Shown here: one piece after another, positions 55,256 through 64,000 of the stretch
Position numbering within the stretch: the first letter of the stretch is position 1
Layout: each line of letters starts with the position of its first letter
Source: Eledone cirrhosa
Taxonomy: Eukaryota
DNA length: 64,000 nucleotides
Assembly (NCBI GenBank): GCA_964016885.1
Contig: OZ024741.1
Span: 41,416,001 to 41,480,000, forward strand
Direction: 5' to 3'
Position numbers and translations under genes: made by a program
The notes under the pieces: generated by a model
Databases searched by the model: none
Seen by the model: only the letters and a program-made list of their open reading frames with translations
Told to the model about the DNA's origin: nothing

Positions 55256-55545
55256 TGCATACACACCCAATATACACACACATATATATATATGCACACA
55301 TATATATATATATACACACATATATACACACACTTATACACATACACGCACACATATATATATACACATATACACATATACACACACACACTTATACGCA
55401 TACACATATATACACATGCACACTTATACACATACACACACACATATATATCACACACATATATACACACATGCACACATATATATATACACACATACAC
55501 TCTCATACATACATTATTCATATACGCATACCATACATACACCAT
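55150..55545. repeat. Compound CA/TA microsatellite; similar fields near 2858-3640, 8620-9020, 14310-14670, 22210-22480, 33440-33735, 35520-35750
   Basis: Direct inspection. Confidence 0.9.
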
Positions 55546-57224
55546 TGTATACAGAGTTAAATACATAAAGAGAGATATGATATCAGATGGGAGTATTAAC
55601 AAACATATGGAGCAGTCAAAATCTATGACTACTGTTCTTTATTTACACATATACATCCAGTTGATATAACACTATTTCCTATAACCAATAGATACACTAC
55701 ATATTTAAATGGGAAGAAAAATTCAACTTTTAAATTCAAGAAGTAAAGAAAATTATCCAAAAATCTTTTACGTTACTTTCGTATTGAATTGCTCGTCCCA
55801 GTATCTCAAATGTAAATAGAATCCAACCACATACGCCCACCACCTGCCTCGTGTTGTCAAGGAAACACCAGATAAAGAGTAGAATTAACAAATACATGGA
55901 TAAATAAATTCATCTTTGTATGCAAACAACGAAGTATTTTATTTTCTCATTTTGGTTTCTATATTGATCAAAATTTTCAGTTTTATTTCCGTTTCCTTTA
56001 CATCCTACCATATATAAAGACTGTTTGACTCTGTAGGTAGGGGAATTGAAAGATCTTAGCAAATATCTTGATCTCAATCATAAATTTAATGATGTTGTTA
56101 ACGTGAGAAAAATTTCCTGTAGTCTGCTGTTTAAAATCACTTTTACTGCCTCATTTCCTTGCTAGCATTTGTAAAGAAAATATGACAGGAAAGGCCTTGA
56201 TAGTGGCCATTGTAATCCAGATGGTTATTAGAGCTTCATGGTTGCAGTGGACAGAATGGCAAATGAGTTACTCTAAAGAATGGCGAGGAGAAATGCATGA
56301 AAAGAGCTACTTCCATTCTGATGGAAGTGTGCAGAACAGTAGTTCAATGACACAAGACAGCAAATGTTTCTACAGCTATGGGTTTGATGAGATAAATCAC
56401 AAGTTCTTAGATGTACTGTGGTTTAGATTGTTCCAGATTGAATATTTTTATACCCAATTAATATGAATCCTTATCAAAATTCAACTTTATTTTTACTGTT
56501 TGAAAAAAAAAACAATTGACAAGACCCCAGACCTTATTTGCTTACCAAAAAGGGTGTGGACCTTGTCAAATCATACCAAGGAAACAATGTTTCCATTGCT
56601 GATACTATATAGTGGTCACAACTTCTGGCAGAAGGAGCAACATGAAATAAAGTGTCTTGTTCAAAGACATAACACATTCCCTAGTGCAGGAGTCAAACTT
56701 GTAACTAAACAATTACAAATCCAATCTCTAACCCCTAATCCACGTGCCTTCACTACTGTTTAGCATCCATTATCTCATGTTAATAGAATATGGTTGGTCC
56801 TTTATTTTCATTTGAATATTTGCACATAGCTGAAACAATTGTCTGCCTTCTCTTTGCTGGTTTAATCTCTCACACCATTTAACAATACTAGCTGGCCCAT
56901 TGGCATCTTCAAAAATGTCTCATCCACTCTAAGCATTCAGACCAGGCTCCTCCTTATTATCAGTCTCTGAGGCCTGAAAAATAGTCATGAGTAATGGCAT
57001 TCCTTAACTAAACAGTAAAAAACAAATAATGTTGTTGGGTAATGTTGTCAACCAAACTATCTGAAGGATATAATCTGAACTACCATGTACCTCCATAGAG
57101 ACTGTAAGCCATCTAATCATGTTATAACATTCAAATAATTCCTTTTCCACAAAATACTTTAAACTCAACACAAATATAACATTTATTTTAACTTCATTGA
57201 TATCAAAATGCTTGGTTCTACAAT

Positions 57225-57650
57225 ACAAAACTGAAGAAAGCTGCAATGGAGGACAACCAAGAAAGACCTGGGCAGAGGTTGTGAGACCTAAAATCGCTAA
57301 GAATGGCAAAGGGGATGATGAAGGAATGCAACAAGTGGAGAGATGCTGTGCAGAGAAGGATCTGTCCAAACCATGCAAGCGTAGAAAAGCAAACATAATG
57401 ATGATGATGATGATGATTTGTTAAGTTGTGCCACACTGTAAAGTGGTCGTGTTGGTAACATGACAAAAAGCACCCAGTACTCACTGTAAATACGGTTAGT
57501 ATTAGGAAGGGCATCCAGCTGTAGAAACCAAGCCAAAATCAGTTCTGTATGTACAAGACATGGTCACCTGACTTAGCATTACCCACAACAGGACAACTCG
57601 TCCAACCCATGCTAGCATGGATAAATTGACATAAAACAGTGATGATGATG
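57225..57650 (+). mobile_element. Two adjacent RTE-type 3' ends
   Basis: GQPRKTWAEVVR plus (atg)n tail, then a second UTR with ttaggaagggcatccagctgtagaaa and a tail. Confidence 0.7.
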
Positions 57651-58329
57651 CCCCAAATACCAGCTTAAGCACAAGAAAATTAGTTATATTACTAAATACC
57701 TGCACATTCTTGATAATTTTCAAAATTATTTGAAATATCATAGGCAATGTTTTCCATTAGAAATATGGTGACAAAGGGGTCAAAATTTCAAAGCTAATTA
57801 AAAGTTCAGCAAAACAATTTGATTTTTTCTAACATAGAGAAGGGAGGGCATTCAACAAATATTAACCTTTTTAGTACTTCGGCCTTTTTCACTGTCTAGC
57901 AAATAACAATATAGATTGATTTTTTTTTAAATGATAGAAGAGTGGGTGTTTTGGGGGGTGGGATGGGGTGTTGGTGGGGGTGTTAATGTGGGTGTGGGTG
58001 TTGGTGGGTGGTGGTGGTGCTGTTGGTGGGGGGTGATGTGTCTGTATAGTGTTTTTTGGCTACATTATTGATGCCAATATATCTGTCTTGCAGTAGTGAT
58101 ATAAGTGTTAAAATACAATAGTCTATAGAAATTATAACTTCCAGACAAAAATGGTGATATACATAATTTTCCCCTAATAAGCCATTCTTGCTGGTAGAAA
58201 AAAAAAAAAAAAAAGTTAAGTAAAATAAAATAATTTGGAACAAGAAAATTCAATAATTCCTTTACAAAGTCTGGTACTTATTTTATCTAGTTGTGCTTTT
58301 TTTGTTTTGTTTTTTATGAACGTCGCTAT

Positions 58330-58538
58330 TTTGTTAGTAAGAGTGTCAGACACCACGTTTTGAAGCATAGAGTTGCGGCCCTTTACAGTCTGAGTTCAAA
58401 TCCCAACAAGGTTAGCTTTGCCTTTCATCCTAACAGGGTCAATAAAATAAAGAACCAGTAATGCACTGGGGTCAATGTAATTGACTTGCCCCTCTCCCAA
58501 AATTGTCAGCCTTATGCCTATAGTAGAAACCATTATTA
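58330..58538 (+). mobile_element. SINE family A
   Basis: Homology to 35118-35311. Confidence 0.8.
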
Positions 58539-59714
58539 TGAAGGCAGGTAATGTTAAAAATAACAACACAGATTTAACATAGAAGTTTATTTTCACCACC
58601 AATTATTAAGACAATTTAAACCCTAACCCAAACCCAACACTATTTATATTTACCAGCGACCAGTAAAATAAGCTTAAAAAACATGTATGTATATTTTACC
58701 CTGACTGTCAATGTAGCCTATTCTCTTTTTTAACACATGCACACACCACACATACACATGATGAGCTTCCACACAGTTTCCCTCAATAAAATTGCATTGT
58801 TCAGCATAGCATGGCGTGGAATGGTCCCGTAACTCTTGAGGAGGTAATTGGGGCGCTGTATTAACATACAACATTTCTAGGGCATTATTTTAAACCTAGC
58901 GGAGCCCATCTCCTCTGCTGGTCTGGATACAGCAGATTCCTTCCTGGGAGAGGAAGAATTGACACCAGTACTAGACGGGTACTTTTTTTTATCAACCTTG
59001 AATGGATGAAAGGCAAAGTTCACCTCAGTGGGATTTGAACTCAGAGACCAGAGAGTGGAAATGAATATCACAAAGCATTCTATCCGACATTCTAATGATT
59101 TTACCAATCCTCCATCTAATTGTTTTCAAATAACAATGATTTTTAAAATTGCTTTAAAATAATTCATTTTCAAAATTGATTTCAAATAATTTCACTGCCA
59201 ATTCACTGCCTTATTGTTCAGCATGAGGCCATACATAGAAGACACCAACAGTGATGCCGAACCCTAAAATCATGTAGTTGTAGAGCCTCCCTAACCACAG
59301 AGCCAGGCCTGAGTTTAATGTGAAAAATATTCATTTTTCCCTACATTAAGCATATAAAACAATAACATAGATAAATAAATAGATCCATGATATTAATATA
59401 AAATATAAAACTAAACATGGAACTGCAGAGAAATCTGAAGTTGCAAAAGTGATTCTTGTGTCATTCACCATTTTTATATCTATGTCATATTAAAGAGGAA
59501 GGGGATAGATAACTATATTATTTAACATTTTCTGTATTAGATAAGGACAATATGAACGCTATATATATATATTACATTCAATAAAAAAAATTTTTTTTTT
59601 TCCTTTTATCTATAACATTACTGAATATTCCACAACTGGTTTTAAGATATTTATTTATTTATTTATTTATATTAAAAAAAAGACATGCATGACATAAAAT
59701 GGAGAAAACAATGG

Positions 59715-60072
59715 CAATATGGAGTAAAAATAAAATAACTGAATTATTCACTAAAACAACAATACAAACACACAAGAAGAAGAACGAGGAGAAAATGGTT
59801 GGCAAGGATGCATTGCACCCAAAGACAATTGTCATAAAGCTATGTAAACTGCAGAATGTAGGATATCAAGGATTTGTAAGTGTGAAAGATTGCATGGCTA
59901 ACAATTGCAGATCCCGAGATTTGTATTTGGCCAGTAGTAAAGAAGAAATGTTAAGGTATGTTGCCAAAAGCAGAGGCCTATATATTGAAACAATTGAAAG
60001 TAAAGAAAATTACAGAGGCTGCTGACTGAGAAACTGAGGGAGAGTGTGGAATTACATGGTCAATTTGAATGA
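59715..60072 (+). mobile_element. Decayed R4/Dong-like (RLE-type) non-LTR fragment, post-RT region
   Basis: ALHPKTIVIKL...QGFVSVKDC...SKEEML...ELHGQF resembles the recalled ALHPKSDVDRLY...GRGLISVEDC...MHGQF motif. Confidence 0.55.
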
Positions 60073-60189
60073 GGAATCATCATCATCATCAACGTTTGAC
60101 ATCCATTTTCCATGCTATCATTGACGGAAGTAAAATTAGGCTCTTCGTGGAATTGGTTGACAAAGGGTTGACAAAGAGAGAGAGAGAGA

Positions 60190-60342
60190 GAAAGTTTATT
60201 TTCGTCAACTCCCAGAGTATACTCAAGGACATCATTATTTTTGCCAGCCATTAAGCCTCTATAGAAAGCCAAGGTAGAGTTTCCACCAATCACTGCCCGA
60301 TTGGCTGAGGACTGTGAGCACTTGAAGACATTTCAATTTCCA
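60190..60342 (-). mobile_element. Internal fragment of the same Tx1/L1-like family
   Basis: IGGNSTLAFYRGLMAGKNNDVLEYTLGVDENKL versus IGRNFTLVFYRGLVEGKSDDVLGETLGVDENQL near 34245-34343. Confidence 0.85.
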
Positions 60343-60722
60343 TAATAATGATAATAATAATAATAATAATTTCTATTACTTTCAGTTTGAATTAAATGTA
60401 TTTACATATTCTTTGGTCAATGTATAAGAATATAATATATAGAGGCAGAACCTCCAATCCAATAACATCTTATTCTTACCTATAAAATGTATCTGTAGAT
60501 TGACAAAATCTACTCAGATTGAAAGCTAGTATACACACTATTCAAACTCCAAGTATACTCTTCTTAAATCTCCATCTACTCCCCTAATTCTTACCCTTTC
60601 ATCTATCACACCCTTCCTAATCACTGTGACACACCTGTTAACACAATCACCCCCATTATTCTTATCATCATACTTCCTCTATTGCACTGTTAGTCCTTAA
60701 CTACAATAACTAACTTCCATCA

Positions 60723-60753
<31 letters not shown>

Positions 60754-60902
60754 ATTATTGCTTATTTATACTATGGAGAGTTTTTTTACCCATTCAAGAA
60801 GTCTATGTGCTTAAATGTTGTAGTGAAGTGAATGTGCAACCTTTGAATGAAGTGTGTTCTGAATTTCTATTCAATAACATGTCCTTCACAAATACCATTT
60901 AA

Positions 60903-63710
60903 TCAGATAAGATAATAGACGTAAATAGAGTGAACAACAGAATAATTAAAATAAGACTTGTCCTCAATAGAACTACGGTGACAGTAATATCTGCGTACGC
61001 ACCCCAATCCGGACTGCCCGGCACTATAAAAGACAGATTCTATGAGACACTGATGCACACTACCTCCCAAATAACCGACAGTGACTATATAATTATTGCA
61101 GGCGACCTAAATGGTCACGTTGGACAACATTGTGACGGCTACGACGAAATCCATGGAGGCTATGGGTTTGGTACTAGAAATGAGGAAGGCTCCAGAATCC
61201 TGGAATTCTGTGACGCAAATAACCTAACTATCTGTAACACTAACTTCAAAAAACGTGACAATCACCTGATCACCTATAGATCGGGGGAACACACAAGCCA
61301 GGTAGATTATATCCTTACCAGAAGACGTGACAGAGTGTCTGTTGTAAACACTAAATCCCTTCCCCATGAAGAATGCACCTCCCAACATAGACTGATAATT
61401 AGCGACCTAATAGTCAGGACGAGACGTACTAGACAACAGAAGAGGACTATCATCAGGAGAAAACTATGGAAGCTAAAGGAACCCACAGCCAGAAATAAAT
61501 TCAAAAGTATACTACTTGATGCTTTCGACAGTAAGGAAGAGCAATTAGAGTCGTACAATATAGAGGAGCAGTGGGAATTCCTGAAAGCAAACCTGCTGAT
61601 GGCGGCAGACGAAGTCTGTGGCTGGAGCAGGCCTGTAGGCAGGAGGAGAGTAACATGGTGGTGGAACAGTAAGGTGGAGGGGTCAATTAAGGCCAAAAAG
61701 CAGGCTTGGAAAGTATGACGGGATGGGGGAAGCAGAGAAGACTATCAAGTGGCCAGGAGGGAAGCTAGTAGACAAGTGTACTTCGCAAGAAGGGAAGCAG
61801 AGGAAAGAAAATTCAAGCATGTTCTACAACGCGAGGACCAAAAACGTGAGGCGTTCAAGATTGCTAGGCAATGTATCAAGGAAAACCGTGATATTGTTGG
61901 GGAGAAGTGTGTACTTAATGATGACGGCGTACTTGCCATCACCGACGCTGATAAGAAGGTAGCTTGGAATTGTCACTACGAAAGGCTACTAAATGAGGAG
62001 AATAAATGGGAGAAAGACAGTCTCCCCCACATCGACCCAATAGAGGGACCAGCAGTGTTAGTCGAGGGTAGTATAATAAGTAAGGCAATCAAAGATGTGA
62101 AGATGGGTAAGGCAGCTGGGCCTTCGGAAATAGTTGCCGAGATGCTAATGGCATCTGGTACGGTGGGACGCACCATGGTCACCCGGATAGTTAACCAAGT
62201 CGTACAGAATGGGGTTGTTCCGAAGGACTGGCGTAGCAGCATCATCGTTAACTGTTATAAGGGTAAAGGAGATGCCCTAGATAGGAGTCACTATAGAGGC
62301 ATTAAATTAATCGACCAGATCATGAAGGTCACGGAAAAAGTAATAGCGCAACTAATCAGAGAGAGAATTGATCTAGATGAAATGCAGTTCGGGTTTGTGT
62401 CAGGCAAAAGTACCACAGACGCTCTTTTCATTGTACGACAACTACAGGAGAAGTACCTAGCTAAAAGTAAACCCCTATACTTAGCTTTTGTCGACTTGGA
62501 GAAAGCCTTCGACAGAGTCCCCCGTTCCATTATCTGGTGGGGTCTTAGAAAACTAGGTGTTGATGAATGGCTTGTGAGAGCTATACAAGCCATGTATAAA
62601 GAAACAGTCAGCAAGGTTAGAATTAACAACGAATATAGTGAAGAGTTTAGCGTAAAAGTTGGCGTCCATCAGGGCTCTGTTCTCAGCCCCCTACTATTTA
62701 TTATTGCCCTTCAGGCTATAACAGAGGTGTTCAAGACCGGTTGGGAACTCCTATACGCAGATGACCTAACACTCATAGCTGAATCAATGGCCGAGCTAGA
62801 GAAGAAATTCCAAACATGGAAGCACGGCCTAGAATCAAAAGGCCTTAAAATTAACCTGGCTAAGACTAAAGTTCTAGTTTGTAAGAAAGAAAATAAGGCG
62901 GCGGTCCCTTCCGGGAAGTGGCCATGCTCAGTGTGTAGGAAAGGCGTAGATAGAAACTCCATTTTGTGTCCCAAATGCAAAGTATGGGTGCATAAAAGAT
63001 GTAGTGGGATCACAGGTAAGCTAACTAAGAACATAGATTTTACATGTGGCCGGTGCTCTGGTGCAATAAGTAGCAGCAAGTGCCCAGAAAATACTAGCTC
63101 CTTCAACTGCGCAGAGGGTTCTATAGAAATAGTGGACAGCTTCCGTTACCTGGGTGACAAATTCAGCAGTGGGGGACGGTGCTCTGAAAGTACAGTAGCT
63201 AGAGTCAGAACTGGATGGAAAAAGTTCAGAGAGCTTATACCACTATTGGCCGCTAAAGGGTTCTCTCTAAAAATGAAAGGCAGGTTGTACGATGCCTGCA
63301 TACGAACAGCAATGTTGCATGGCAGTGAGACCTGGGCATTGTGTGCAGAGGATATACGCAGACTAGAGAGAAACGAAGCTTGCATGCTCCGCTGGATGTG
63401 TAATAGTAATATACGTGAACGGCAAAGCATAAACGAACTAAGGAAAAAATTAGAAATAAGAGGGATCAGATGTTGTTTACTCGAGAGAAGGCTACGTTGG
63501 TATGGTCACGTGATGCGCATGAAGGACGATAGCTGTATAACAAAGTGCAGGGCAATAAAGATAGACGGTAGCCACGGAATAGGCAGACCCAGAAAAACCT
63601 GGGACGAGCTGATAAATTCCGACCTCACACACTTACACCTCTCCAAGACAATGTCACTGGACTGAGATCTTTGGCGGTACTCAGTAATAGAGAAGACCCG
63701 CCTTACCTAA
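60903..63710 (+). pseudogene. EN-RT ORF of the RTE element, broken by two in-frame nonsense codons (61716-61718, 63663-63665)
   Basis: ORFs 60930-61718 and 61749-63665 are in the same frame. Sister copies near 2065 and 45520 read CAA/CGA where this copy has TGA and continue to ...KTRL(A/T)*. Confidence 0.9.
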
Positions 63711-64000
63711 ATACAAAGTAAAACCTACTACAGTCAGTAGGCATCTCTAACAAAATACACCCCCGTCCCACCACCCCCACCCCATCCACACCACCCCTTT
63801 CAATGTAAAATTATGTTGGTGCCACAACATCCAGGCCGAAACAAATGAGATCGTGTAGGTGTCATGTAATGTGGCCGTGTAGGCAACATGGTAAAAACCT
63901 CCCAGCCCCACACTGTAAATGTGGTTGGTGTTAGGAAGGGCATCCAGCTGTAGAAAACCCGCCAGACAGTCCACGCTGTAATGTGGCCGTGTAGGCAACA
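60903..64000 (+). mobile_element. RTE-clade LINE, 5'-truncated within the endonuclease domain; 3' UTR runs off the window end
   Basis: APE endonuclease motifs (SAYAPQ, GDLNGHVG, SQVDYIL), RT motifs (YRGIKL, QFGF, AFVDLEKAFDRV, GVHQGSVLSPLLF, LYADD), RTE C-terminus (RLRWYGHV, GRPRKTW). Confidence 0.95.

Noticed and set aside
55835-55897. Possible minus-strand signal-peptide exon (MYLLILLFIWCFLDNTRQVVG then GTATGT)
   Set aside because: Short hydrophobic ORFs and donor-like motifs arise by chance in AT-rich DNA; no downstream exon identified
60727-60753. Poly-C run as a regulatory G-quadruplex or LINE promoter
   Set aside because: Homopolymer about 150 bp upstream of a 5'-truncated element; no functional evidence
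61307-63430. Antisense ORFs over the RTE
   Set aside because: Shadow frames of the LINE coding strand

Overview
AT-rich, repeat-dominated animal genomic DNA (intronic or intergenic). The repeat repertoire suggests a mollusc, probably a cephalopod such as Octopus; this is inference only. No host protein-coding gene is supportable, and nearly all listed ORFs are microsatellite artefacts. Mobile elements recognised: a 5'-truncated RTE LINE (about 60900 to the window end) with a C4HC3 PHD-like finger inside its RT ORF, plus many RTE fragments and solo tails; an internally deleted DD37D (maT) Tc1/mariner element; Tx1/L1-like and R4/Dong-like remnants; at least three tRNA-derived SINE families; and TTAA-flanked piggyBac-type and TA-flanked mariner-type MITEs. 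The most notable region is 52.0-54.6 kb, a cluster of inverted repeats beside (TA)n tracts. It carries three copies of a type I hammerhead ribozyme with a compensatory U3-A8 core. Further minimal hammerheads lie at about 42.6 and 45.3 kb. Together these point to Penelope-like retroelement activity. Boundaries of degraded repeats are approximate and were read by eye.
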